A DNA stretch of 32,000 nucleotides from Paenibacillus durus. GTDB lineage: Bacteria > Bacillota > Bacilli > Paenibacillales > Paenibacillaceae. This document shows, in pieces, positions 1 through 9,800 of this stretch; the first letter of the stretch is position 1, and each line of letters opens with the position of its first letter. The notes under the pieces are model-generated. The model searched no databases and was not told the DNA's origin. It worked only from the letters and a program-made list of their open reading frames with translations. The stretch is from positions 4,289,000-4,320,999 of the forward strand of contig NZ_CP009288.1 in assembly GCF_000756615.1 (NCBI RefSeq), given 5' to 3'. The position numbers and the translations under genes were made by a program.

Positions 1-351
1 ACAGAACGTGATTGGAAACAGACTCCAGAACTGAGCTATAACAAGAGTCAGGCATCTACAATTTTCCGGTATTGCTGATGCCTTATTAAGATAGACGCTC
101 TAACTGGAATAAAGTTGCACAAATTGGAAATAAATTTCCTGTCCAAATGAGATGTTCTCCTATAGAAATGCTTTTGCTTCATCATTTGTCGTTTTCTAGC
201 CACTGTTGGAACGCTTCTAATGTTAGAATTCCACGTACACATGAATCTCGTTGTTCCCGCGCCTTCTCTAACCACTCATATAAAGCTTCTTTTGTAATCT
301 TTCCATACTTAATCCAGGCCAAACGCTTCCTATATGCCTTGCGGTATGCCT

Positions 352-756
352 TTAACGCCGGGCTTTCGGCTTTTTTCTTCTCTTTCCAATCTCCTTGCAG
401 GTATGTCCTGCCGCGTCATAAGGCCTGTTGTAATATTCCGTATTGAAGTAGGTTGCCATCTTTTTCTGAATGGGTTCGTCCGGTGAAAGGATATCCAGCA
501 CGTGGCTCCACAAATTCTGGTTTTGTCCCTGCATCGTCTGGATGTTAGGGGGGATGTGGGTGACTTTCTTGTAAGGCAAAAGCTCTACAATGTCCCGATA
601 CTCCTGCTGCCGCGCCTGCTCCAACCGCTTCAGCCAATCCAGTCGCAAAAACTCAAAATAAATATGTCGCGTCACAAACGCATCAAGCCCCTCTCGAATC
701 TCGTTTTCCCATTGGCTCTCTTTGCTGTAATACAACTTTCGAATCGCTTCCCCCAT
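352..756 (-). CDS. hypothetical protein with Lys/Arg-rich C-terminus; possibly the 5' part of a frameshifted longer gene
   Basis: 134-codon ORF from the track; I recognise no motif. After its stop, another minus-strand frame stays open (..KAYRKRLAWIKYGKITKEALYEWLEKAREQ..) down to ~150, which hints at a broken gene. Confidence 0.3.
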   Translation of the reverse strand: MGEAIRKLYYSKESQWENEIREGLDAFVTRHIYFEFLRLDWLKRLEQARQQEYRDIVELLPYKKVTHIPPNIQTMQGQNQNLWSHVLDILSPDEPIQKKMATYFNTEYYNRPYDAAGHTCKEIGKRRKKPKARR

Positions 757-910
757 TTCTTCGGTAAGTTCCCTTAGCGATTCTGTATTCAGATCGAAAC
801 TCCATCAAGCTTTGTGAAAAGGAAGACTGACCTACTTAGTCCGGGAAGCGGAGCCATATATAAAGTGTACTTTTCCATCGGATAGGTAGACATTTTCCAA
901 AATTGACGCA

Positions 911-937
911 TAAAAAACCGCGCTGTGAGTGCGCGGT
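911..937 (-). terminator. rho-independent terminator after the receptor/pro-peptide pair
   Basis: Minus strand reads ACCGCGC-ACTCACA-GCGCGGT followed by TTTTTTA. The 7-bp GC stem is 917-923/931-937 and the T-tract follows it. It lies 30 nt after the small ORF stop. Confidence 0.75.
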
Positions 938-966
938 CTGTTCTATCAGCTATTCAGACTCGATTT

Positions 967-1086
967 CTAACCTCCCAATCCATGCGTTAATGGCTCAATT
1001 AATGCGCTGTTAGGGTCAACAATAAGAGCCGAAGTAAGGAGCAACAAACTACCGGCGATCAGCCAAATGGTCAGCTTTTTTCTCAC
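967..1086 (-). CDS. secreted signalling pro-peptide candidate (39 codons), partner of the adjacent HTH-TPR receptor
   Basis: Not in the ORF track (GTG start, <60 aa). My hand translation is (M)RKKLTIWLIAGSLLLLTSALIVDPNSALIEPLTHGLGG*. GGAGGTG at 1094-1100 sits 7 nt upstream of GTG 1084-1086. The product has a basic N-terminus, a hydrophobic core and a polar C-terminal tail. It overlaps the receptor's 3' end by 38 nt in another frame and is followed by a terminator. Confidence 0.6.
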   Translation of the reverse strand: MRKKLTIWLIAGSLLLLTSALIVDPNSALIEPLTHGLGG

Positions 1087-2428
1087 ACTTCTGCACCTCC
1101 CTTATTAATCTTTTATACTCCTTTTGTTGAATTGTTGATGCCACGTACCGATACTGCTCAAATAGCCCAATACACCTCAAGATATTGTGCTCACTCCCAA
1201 TTTTAACAGAAAATTGCAAACTTCTCAGAATGTAATCTAATCCGAACTGCCACCTATTTGTGCGCAAATAATAAGTCGCCAACTCAATTTGGAAGCACGC
1301 ATGCCGATCTTTGGTTATTTGTTGATTCAACTTTCCTAATCGGCTTCGCTGATCATAGTAGTCTAATTTTCCTTGAAATCGCAACAAAACATCGTCTATA
1401 TCAATCTGATACAGGTTTGCCGCTTGCACAATCTTGTACAGGGCTGTCGGTATCTCATCCGGACGTAGTTCTACATAGTCCACATACTCCCTCAGAACCT
1501 CCACCTCTCCAGACATCAGGCGATATACATATATATTGGCGGTGCTCCATTCCTGGAACTGGCTAACCACTCTTTGTTCATCTTCAGTATATTCGCTATA
1601 AGAAGATTCTCCAATGTTGCTATAAAGAGATGTATAGTAAAGAGCCTGTCTATAATCACTTCGCTCATCGTAGACTGCTGCTTTGAGTAAGTACGAATAA
1701 AGAATATAATATATCAGAGGCCGTTCCGGCTGCTTATCCAACGAATACTTCGGATGCATCTTAGCTTTCTCCTCCATTTTATCCGCTAAATTCACGACCT
1801 TCTCCCAGCGGTGTAAAGAAGCATATACATCTGCGAGTCTCTTTAAAGCATCTAGCTGATCGGCGTCGTCAAGCCGGTCCACAAAAGGCTCGAACCGATG
1901 GGCAACCTGCAGATTTATGTCCTGATCATCTCCAAGACCAAGCGTAAACAATCGGTATTGACATAAAGCGAGACGTTCTGAATGCTGAAGCCGCTCTCCT
2001 TCAGCTACGCATTCATAGAGCAATACCGCTGCATCTTTGAAGCCTAAAGCAAGAAAGGTCTCAGCCGTCTCGAATAACATTGGCAGATACATTAAATTCT
2101 CCGTGAGGAATGAAACAATACGCTTCATGCAATCAAGCTTTTCCAGTTCAGCACAGCGATGTAGCAAGGGTCTCACTCGCCGCCAATTCGGTCGCATATT
2201 CAGAATGTAATCGTTGATGTACTGATCATAGAAAATACCTGCTTTCTTTTGCATTCCCATCGTAATTATGTCGAGATGATGAATGGAGATCGGACGATGG
2301 CCATGTACCAGATTGCTGAGTGTAATGGGATTCAAACCAGAACCCTCTGCAAATTGGGTGATCGTTAACTTTTTCTCAAGTAAGTAATCTTTTAAAACGT
2401 TTAAAATGGATGTCCCTTCCGTGCACAC
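1049..2428 (-). CDS. RRNPP-type transcriptional regulator (N-terminal XRE-family HTH plus long TPR-like helical repeat domain)
   Basis: 459 aa with a GTG start preceded by GAAGGG. The N-terminus LTITQFAEGSGLNPITLSNLVHGHRPISIHHLDIIT looks like an XRE HTH. The remaining ~390 aa are helical-repeat-like, rich in Y/L/A, with the size and layout of PlcR/NprR/AimR-like receptors. Confidence 0.65.
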   Translation of the reverse strand: MCTEGTSILNVLKDYLLEKKLTITQFAEGSGLNPITLSNLVHGHRPISIHHLDIITMGMQKKAGIFYDQYINDYILNMRPNWRRVRPLLHRCAELEKLDCMKRIVSFLTENLMYLPMLFETAETFLALGFKDAAVLLYECVAEGERLQHSERLALCQYRLFTLGLGDDQDINLQVAHRFEPFVDRLDDADQLDALKRLADVYASLHRWEKVVNLADKMEEKAKMHPKYSLDKQPERPLIYYILYSYLLKAAVYDERSDYRQALYYTSLYSNIGESSYSEYTEDEQRVVSQFQEWSTANIYVYRLMSGEVEVLREYVDYVELRPDEIPTALYKIVQAANLYQIDIDDVLLRFQGKLDYYDQRSRLGKLNQQITKDRHACFQIELATYYLRTNRWQFGLDYILRSLQFSVKIGSEHNILRCIGLFEQYRYVASTIQQKEYKRLIREVQKCEKKADHLADRR

Positions 2429-2794
2429 AATAACCCTTCACCACCATATTTCCAAATTGTGTATTCTCTATGTCCCAATATTACACTGGTCAATATCAGG
2501 AAATCCATACCATATTGAATGTTTTTGAAAGTTATCCACAATTTGTGTATTGGTGCGCCAAAAAAATAGCGAACCGCTTAAACCGTTTTACGCTGTCCCC
2601 TCGGGGTCTTTACCTTGCACTTAATAGGAAAATTCAAGTGTCGATTTCGTGTTTCGTTTGCGGTATAAGGTCCTCATCCCTCTAATAATACAAGTAACCT
2701 AATCTTTCAAGAAAAGGTATTCCTTCTAATCAACAATCCAAGTTTCAGAAGTTACATTGCCGCCTGGCAATGACACCTAAATCAGATTGTCGGA

Positions 2795-2947
2795 CATCAG
2801 TTAAGCAATATTCTACCGCGTCATAATCTTTAATCATCAAAAAAAGGCCTATCTTCATGTATTTTGCATAAAATAGTCTGTAAAGGATTCATAAAGATTT
2901 ACATCAAAAACTTATTTGTTATTTTACTCCCTTATAGTTCAAATGGA
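2795..2947. repeat. 153-bp direct repeat, copy A (partner at 4071-4223)
   Basis: My manual alignment to 4071-4223 shows about a dozen differences over 153 bp. This copy contains a decayed version of the terminator hairpin and a remnant of the 3' end of the SMI1/KNR4 gene (..PFEL*). Confidence 0.85.
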
Positions 2948-2957
2948 TTTGGTATCT

Positions 2958-3470
2958 TCAAAAATAATATTCGGTTTCAAAATCTCCGAAAAAAGTTGGA
3001 GTAGTTTCTTCTCTCTTTAGTAAGAGTTCAAACATCAGTTCCTCATGATCCTCTTTTTCTCCACATAAAATATCTACCGAATACCAACCGTTGTCAATAT
3101 TGAATGTCAGACTATTATTCGAATTAATTGAATCTATGTTTTTAAAAAAACCTATCCCCACAATACAAAGTTTTTCTGAATATGTATAGTATATCCAACC
3201 AGAGGATCTTGCTTTTATTTCCTCTTTTTTCAATTCTAATGAATCTTCATCAAAGACAACATTAAAATTATAATAACCAGTGTTAACTCCTATAATCGGT
3301 ATAGCTATTCCATTTTTAGTAATAATCTCACCATGATCGGTTTCTGTAAAGTATTGCAAAACATCACTTTCTAATAAAACATTATTTTCCAAGTATTTCT
3401 TTAGTACTGCAGGTTCATATACTACAAATCCGTTGAGTTCAGAAAACAAGCTTTTTATTTTAATCGACAT
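2958..3470 (-). CDS. putative immunity protein, orphan module; same family as 12191-12769
   Basis: 170 aa, AT-rich, immediately downstream of an rhs C-terminal toxin remnant. It shares blocks with the 192-aa protein at 12191-12769: GIAIPIIGVN / GAWIPFVPIN and CIVGIGFFKNID / WIAGLGVFLDFN. Confidence 0.55.
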   Translation of the reverse strand: MSIKIKSLFSELNGFVVYEPAVLKKYLENNVLLESDVLQYFTETDHGEIITKNGIAIPIIGVNTGYYNFNVVFDEDSLELKKEEIKARSSGWIYYTYSEKLCIVGIGFFKNIDSINSNNSLTFNIDNGWYSVDILCGEKEDHEELMFELLLKREETTPTFFGDFETEYYF

Positions 3471-3548
3471 CCTTTTTTCGATATTTTGTTATGCTATTCC
3501 ATTAATGAATCACAAGCTTGTGATGGTGTAACATTGTGAGCAATTACT

Positions 3549-4030
3549 TCACCAGTACCTGGAATTTTTAGACCGCCTATAAATATCATCAACATCTTTT
3601 AATCCTTTTTTAGAGGCTTCAAATAACTCTTCTGCGGTACCTTTCCATCGCCCTTGCCTTGGACCTACGTGAGGCTTTTGAGCAGCATGAATTCTTTCGT
3701 GAGGACCTTCCACATATGTTTCTTTGAAAAAGAATGTAGGAGTAGATTGATACGATGCTAAATGATCCAAAGCAATACTTTTTGCTTTTCCAGCATAAAC
3801 AAGGTGATGTCCACTCTTACTAGGATTGATTCCATGGGAAGAGTCCCATAGAATCAATCCATGAATTTTGATCATGTACATAGCTATACAGCACCATCCC
3901 GCCATTATAGATCACGATCCATGGTGATGTGAGTGCCCACCTTGATCTAGCCAGCTCGTCGTATGTCCACGTTCGGACGCCGCCCTCGGGATCGGTCATG
4001 TTCATGATCCATCCGTCGTCTCCATACTTT
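3549..4030 (-). pseudogene. orphan rhs C-terminal fragment: end-of-core motif plus GHH-signature toxin domain, frameshifted and 5'-truncated
   Basis: Frame 1 reads ..TDPEGGVRTWTYDELARS..NGGMVLYSYVHDQNSWIDSMGL, matching the main Rhs ..AGNNPTLYGYVGDPNRNVDVFGL. Around 3845-3850 the sense continues in another frame: SSHGINPSKSGHHLVYAGKAKS..HERIHAAQ..WKGTAEELFEASKKGL. That matches the main toxin GMGHHLMP..IHKQLH..FTGTADEFFDKAMKAY. There is no start codon or SD. Confidence 0.7.
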
Positions 4031-4070
4031 AAAAATAGAAAATATCAAGTCAAGTAGTCACGGAATCAGG

Positions 4071-4223
4071 CATCAGTTAAGCAATATTCTGCTGTGTCAT
4101 AATCTTTAATCGTCAAAAAAAGGCCTATCTTCATGCATTTTGCATAAAATAGGCCGTAAAAGGATTCATACAAGATTCACATCAAAAACTTATTTGTTAT
4201 TTTACCCCCTTAGTTCAAATGGA
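4071..4223. repeat. 153-bp direct repeat, copy B (partner at 2795-2947)
   Basis: See copy A. This copy spans the 3' end of the SMI1/KNR4 gene and its terminator. Confidence 0.85.
4115..4155 (-). terminator. rho-independent terminator downstream of the SMI1/KNR4 gene
   Basis: Minus strand reads GGCCTAT-(20-nt loop containing the ATGCAaaaTGCAT palindrome)-ATAGGCC followed by TTTTTTT (4115-4121). Confidence 0.6.
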
Positions 4224-4741
4224 TAAATATCCGACAGCCCTTCTTTGATTTTTTCAACTTCACCAAGCAATTCTTGTCTGTACTCGTTTTTAAGATTCAA
4301 ATTTTCATCAAAGTAAATATCGGCTTGTGTGTCTAATAATTCTTCCATTTGCGATATAAGATCAGCCAATATAAACCATTCTTTTAAATCTACAGACATA
4401 TTTAATATATTTGCAGATTGAAAGTCTTCTGTATCATGATCATAAAAATAAACAGTACTATCAAAAGTGTTACTTAAATTAATTAACCAAAAATCACCTT
4501 GTCCAGTTTCCGCAAATATCCACATGTTCTCGTCGAATTCTGCAAAATCTTTGTGATAGTCTTTATTTTACTGCTTTGCTTTTTCATACGAAAGAAGAAC
4601 ATAGTCTGCGGATATTTTGTTTTCAGAAAAACTTTTACAAACCCACAAATAATCTTCTGGAAATTGTTCGTTTACAGAAACTGGTTTTTTCCTTTTTTGC
4701 AAACCATTTGCTATTTCCTCGTAGTTTCTCTTTTTAAACAT
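4202..4741 (-). pseudogene. SMI1/KNR4 (SUKH-type) immunity gene with an in-frame TAA stop
   Basis: ATG at 4739-4741 follows GAGGTGAGG. The translation is MFKKRNYEEIANGLQKRKKPVSVNEQFPEDYLWVCKSFSENKISADYVLLSYEKAKQ*NKDYHKDFAEFDENMWIFAETGQGDFWLINL..VYFYDHD.. The TAA lies at 4568-4570, and the track ORF 4202-4525 is the same frame downstream of it. The motif pattern (GDFWLIN, YFYDHD) is typical of SUKH immunity proteins. Confidence 0.6.
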
Positions 4742-4908
4742 ATCCTCACCTCTACAAGGAACATTTTTAATCGATGTAGCACTTCTTTATTTATCTTGCT
4801 TTTCTTTGCCATATTGTCTAAAACCATTTCAAAGTAGTCTTTCATTTCTTGCTTTGAAGCATTAGGAAACTTAACTTTAGCTTCATGTTGGGTGACAAGA
4901 ACATAATC
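4711..4908 (-). pseudogene. 3' tail of a toxin gene whose 5' part is cut off by the R-M insertion
   Basis: A 66-codon open frame with no start reads DYVLVTQHEAKVKFPNASKQEMKDYFEMVLDNMAKKSKINKEVLHRLKMFLVEVRI... It overlaps the start of the downstream SMI1/KNR4 gene, the usual toxin-immunity arrangement. The frame opens exactly where the foreign AT-rich block begins. Confidence 0.45.
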
Positions 4909-4916
4909 TCATTAAG

Positions 4917-4945
4917 AGCCGCGTAAATCGCGGCTTTTGTATTTT
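4917..4945 (+). terminator. orphan plus-strand rho-independent terminator at the left edge of the insertion
   Basis: AGCCGCG-TAAAT-CGCGGCT followed by TTTGTATTTT. No plus-strand gene lies upstream of it in the window. Confidence 0.55.
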
Positions 4946-4947
4946 AT

Positions 4948-4990
4948 GGGATCAAGTTCTTGTCAGAGCCAATGACAAGAACTTGAACCC
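4948..4990. repeat. 18-bp near-perfect inverted repeat with 7-nt spacer
   Basis: GGGATCAAGTTCTTGTCA-gagccaa-TGACAAGAACTTGAACCC, matching 17 of 18 positions. A third half-site, TGACAAGAAC, occurs at 4893-4902. Confidence 0.8.
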
Positions 4991-5329
4991 ATTCTCGACG
5001 GAATCGATTCAAGAAATCTTTGGTAACTCAGAACGATAGTTAAAAATAAGGTAGCGGATTGCCGCGGCAGGCAGCTGTTCCTTTTTACATTAAAGTAACG
5101 AGGCAGTTATGCGCAATCCGTTTATGTTATGATATGATATAAGATTAGTATCTAATTAGTTTTCTTAAACTGAAAGGAGACACAATTTGGATAATTTAGC
5201 CCTCCAGAATTTCATATCAAACCATAATGTCATACAACGCACATTGGATGGTTTTTGGATTTGGATGGATTATTGGAGAGTAGATCATCCAGAAGATTTT
5301 GATAAAGCATGGAATAATATTGATAATCG

Positions 5330-5551
5330 ATGAAAAAGCAATTGGCAATTTCAATGCAAGGAAGTACTGTGCCAAAATTTACTCCAGCGATACTAGAAAA
5401 GTTGGAAATCAAGTTTCCAAGTATTGAGAAACAACGGACGATTGGTAAAGCTTATTTCATTTTGAGAAAGCGTCAAGCTTTGGCAAAGAAACAAGCAGAA
5501 CTTGAAGAGCAACTTTATTTTGAAGTATTGAAGCAATTAGACCAACAATAG
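5330..5551 (+). pseudogene. hsdS: type I restriction specificity subunit (HsdS) fragment
   Basis: The 73-aa ORF ..QGSTVPKFTPAILEKLEIKFPSIEKQRTIGKAYFILRKRQALAKKQAELEEQL.. has the HsdS conserved-region pattern (P-x-(I/L)-x-E/K-Q-x-x-I then a coiled coil). There is no target-recognition domain upstream. Confidence 0.55.
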
Positions 5552-5570
5552 AAAAAGTGAGGAACGCAAC

Positions 5571-6665
5571 ATGGCTGAATTAAACTCAAAATTATTTAGT
5601 GCCGCAGACAACTTGCGAAGCAAGATGGATGCATCGGAATACAAAAATTACTTGTTAGGATTAATCTTTTACAAGTATTTATCTGATAAATTATTAGAAA
5701 AAGTTGTTGAAATAGCAGATGAATCGCTAGAAGAATACAACACACAAGAAAAACAAATTCAATTATATAGGGATTTATTGGCAGATAAAGATGTAAAAAA
5801 TGACTTAATTGAAACATTAGTAGATACATTGGGCTATGATATTGAACCAGATTATTTATTCAATGAATTAACCAATCAAGCAAAACAAAATACGTTTCAG
5901 TTGAATGACTTGAATAAATCCTTTATTGATTTGTCTACGAAATATGACCAATTCAACGGATTATTTGATGATGTGGATTTGAAATCAAAAAAATTGGGAT
6001 CAGATGATCAACAGCGGAACATTACCATTACAGAAGTCCTGAAGAAACTAAATAATATCGATGTGATAGGACATAATGGCGATGTGATTGGGGATGCCTA
6101 TGAGTTCTTGATTGGTCAATTTGCTTCAGAAGCTGGCAAGAAAGCTGGTGAATTCTATACACCTCATGAAGTTTCTGACATGATGGCTCGTATTGCCGCA
6201 ATAGGTCAAGAAGACAAAAAATTGTTTAGCGTATTTGACCCGACCATGGGATCAGGCTCCTTGATGTTGAATATTCGAAACTATATTAACCATCCAGATA
6301 GTGTAAAGTATCACGGACAAGAACTAAATACAACGACCTATAATCTAGCGAAGATGAACTTGATCTTGCATGGTGTTAATAAAGAAGATATACGTTTACG
6401 CAATGGGGATACATTGAACAAGGATTGGCCGACAGATGAGCCTTATACTTTTGATTCGGTCCTTATGAATCCACCCTACTCTGCAAAATGGTCTGCAGAC
6501 GATACATTTTTAGATGATTCTCGTTTCAATCGTTATGGGAAATTAGCGCCACAAGATTGTTCCGAGTGGCGAACTACATTACGAGTTTATTTTTCAGAAT
6601 CTAGAAAAGCGGTACGAGGAGTTACGTTTGATTTCATCGGGAGATGGGACTCGTGGGGGTCTTAA
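5571..6665 (+). pseudogene. hsdM: type I R-M methyltransferase HsdM, C-terminally truncated by a deletion
   Basis: The N-terminus LFSAADNLRSKMDASEYKNYLLGLIFYKYLSD, the AdoMet motif FDPTMGSGS and the catalytic NPPYS are all present. After ..RYGKLAPQ (~6550) the sequence becomes unrelated (DCSEWRTTLRVYF..) and stops at 364 aa. Typical HsdM proteins are clearly longer. Confidence 0.75.
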
Positions 6666-6831
6666 CAAACAACTAGTCTTTGATGTAGAAATATTGTCAC
6701 CATCTATTCAAGAACAAATCAAAATAGGTAGCTTTTTCAAACAAATTGACGACATTATCGCTCTTCATCAACGCGAATTAGATGCCTTGAAAGAAACGAA
6801 ACAAGCATTCCTACAAAAGATGTTTGTCTAA
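6547..6831 (+). pseudogene. hsdS: HsdS 3' fragment fused to truncated hsdM by a deletion
   Basis: A frame open from 6547 reads ..IVPSGELHYEFIFQNLEKRYEELRLISSGDGTRGGLNKQLVFDVEILSPSIQEQIKIGSFFKQIDDIIALHQRELDALKETKQAFLQKMFV*. This is the characteristic HsdS C-terminal conserved region. It has no start or SD of its own except an internal TTG. Confidence 0.65.
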
Positions 6832-6854
6832 GCAAACAGAAGAGAGGAAGAAAC

Positions 6855-9800
6855 ATGACAAAGATACCACATAACAATGAGGATGAAGTGGAACGTCGCC
6901 TGATTGGAGTGTTAGGGGAAGGGCATAATCAGTGGAATTATCGTCCGGATTTAAAATCTGAAGAAGACCTATGGAAGAACTTGCGTCAGAAAATTACGCA
7001 AAATAACTTATCAGAAATTGGAGATCATACAATTTCTGATAAAGAATTTGACACGATTAAAACAGAGTTACTATCAAAAACACAGACACCCTTTGATGCT
7101 GCTAGATGGCTCAAAGGGGAGAATGGAATTGCTCGTATTACGATTGAACGTGAAGATGTATCTTTAGGTTCGATGTCTTTAGTGCTATATTCCAATCAAG
7201 ACATTGGTGGCGGAATCTCTACATATGAAGTCGTTCATCAGATTGCGAAACAAAAGGTAAACGTTGATGATCGTGATCGCCGATTTGACGTGACACTCTT
7301 AATCAACGGGTTGCCAATTGTTCAAATTGAATTGAAACAAATCAGTGCTAAAGACGGCGTATTTCAAGCCTATAATCAAATTAAGAAATACGCAGAAGAA
7401 GGAATGTTTAGAAATAATATCTTTTCTACTCTTCAGGTATTTGTCATTTCCAACGAACAAACGACTCGCTATTTTTCCAATGCGATGCCAAAAGACATGC
7501 ATAAGAAATTTGTCTTTAGTTGGCGGACATCGGACAATCGAAAAGTAGAAAATCTCTATGAATTTGTAAAACAGTTCTTAAATATTCCAGATGCACATAG
7601 ATTGATTGCCAATTATACGATTGTTAGCGAGGACCAGGACAACAAAGCATTAATGGTATTACAGCCTTATCAAATTCATGCGATTGAAGCCTTGTTTACA
7701 TCTGCAATGAAACATGAATCTGGATATGTTTGGCATGCGACCGGTTCAGGAAAAACGTTGACAAGTTTTGTTTCTACGAAGTTATTAGCTCGCAAACCAG
7801 GTGTAGATCGTACAATTATGCTCATTGACCGAAAAGACTTGGATAATCAAACGACGACAGAATTTACTAAATTTGCTTCCGAATTTAATACCGGTATTTC
7901 TTCTGGTAAAGCCAAGTCTAATAGCTTGATTGTCGGAACCGGAAGTGCGAAAGAACTAAGTAATACTCTACTATTTGATGCCAATTCCAATACAGTGATT
8001 ATTACCACTCGTCAAAAATTAGAAGCTGCCTTACGCTATGCCCAAAGGCAAGAGGATCGAAAAGGTACCCAACGATTTAAGAAGCTACTGGGGCAACATA
8101 TTGTCTTTGTCGTGGATGAATGCCATCGAGCGTTGAGTGCTGAAGGGATGGAAGAGATTAAGGGATTCTTTCCAAACTCTACATGGTTTGGTTTTACAGG
8201 TACGCCGATATTTAATGAAAATAAAAAACAAGCTAAAGGCCAATTAGCTCGCACCACTCGTGATCAATATGGAGAAGTTTTGCACACTTATACCATTAAG
8301 AATGCATTGGATGATGGGGCCGTTCTAGGGTTCCAAGTAGAGCATGAAGATACGATTGAACCCACATCATTAAATAATTATATCTTTAATCAACTGCGTG
8401 CAAATGGAAAATATGCCGATTTTAGTGATGATGAAATTAACGATATGATCGATCAAATGGATGGCGTGCAAAAGGAAGCATATCTTGAACCATCTTTTTT
8501 TGAACGTGATGAACATATTAAAAAAGTCATTCATAAGATTTTTCGACCAGATAATGCTTATATCAAATTTGATTTCCAAAACGGTCGCCCGCAGAAGTCT
8601 GCCATCTTAACAACTAAATCCATTGATATGGCGAAACGCTACTATCAGGCAATCAAGGAAATGACCAAAGATCCAGAATGGTTGACGAAAGAATTTGCTG
8701 GACATCCGATCCGAACAGGGCGTACGATTGAAGATCCGAACTTCCCTCGTATTGCCGTCACCTATTCGATACAAGAAAACGAAGATAATTCCAAACAAAT
8801 TCAAGATGAAATGAAAGAAATTATTAAGGACTATAACGATTATTATAATACAGCTTGGTCGATAGAAGATATTGAACGATATAATGGCGATATCAACAAT
8901 CGTTTAGCTCGTAAGAAAGCAGAATTCAAAGAATTTGGGAAACAAATTGATCTTGTCATTGTTGTAGATCGCCTATTAACTGGATTTGATGCACCCACGA
9001 TTCAAACGTTATTTGTGGATCGAAATTTAAGTTATGCCAATTTGATTCAAGCCTTTTCTCGGACTAATCGTACCTATCCCGGGAAGATAAAAGGATTAAT
9101 TGTAACATTCCGAAAACCTTCGACAATGGAACAGAATGTAGAAGATGCCACGAAGTTATATTCTCACGCACAAGAGGAATCTAATCTTGTTTATCCAACA
9201 TATGATGAGTCGAAGAAACGCTTCCAAAAGGCTCACAAAACATTGAAAAAACTGGTGCCAAATCCAACCGACATTAACGAGCACTCTCCACTTGAAACTC
9301 GGATTGAATTTGTGAAAGTTTTTCAAGAACTAAATAATGCTTACGAAGCTTTAGTAACGTATGATGATTACAACGATGAAATAGAGAAATCAAAAGTCCT
9401 CCAAGAACAGGTCAAGACCCTAGAAGAATATTTTGGCGTATACAACACGGTTAAGGGATCGCTAGTTGTTGAAGGGGAAGATGGACCTGATCCAAATTTC
9501 TCGGACATTGAATTCTATGGAGAAAATGCGGTTAAGATTTATGATATTGACTCAACCTATATTGACCGTTTATTAGAAACGTACTCAGCCAATAATCAGA
9601 ATATCCGTGACGAGATCGAAATAGCACTTCAAAAACTGAAAAAATCAGAAATTGTTAAAGAAGTATACCGCGCGATTTTAAACGCCATTGATGCCAAAGA
9701 AATAAATTCAGAGGAAGATACTTTTGTAGTGAAACGACGTTTCTTCACCGAATCCTATAATAAAGCGATTGGAGAATTTGCGAAAGCTTGGTTTGTGGAT

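Noticed and set aside
2470-2685. A 71-aa plus-strand ORF upstream of the RRNPP regulator.
   Set aside because: It has no SD and lies in the AT-rich promoter region of the divergently read regulator. The translation has no recognisable features.
4499-4837. A 112-aa plus-strand ORF.
   Set aside because: It is antisense to the SMI1/KNR4 gene and toxin tail. Its Phe/Leu/Ile-rich translation is typical of an AT-rich shadow frame.
5187-5333. A 48-codon TTG-initiated ORF ((M)DNLALQNFISNHNVIQRTLDGFWIWMDYWRVDHPEDFDKAWNNIDNR*) with AAAGGAGA upstream, just before the hsdS fragment.
   Set aside because: The SD is plausible, but the product is short and has no recognisable family. It sits in a region of obvious gene decay, so the evidence is too weak to call.
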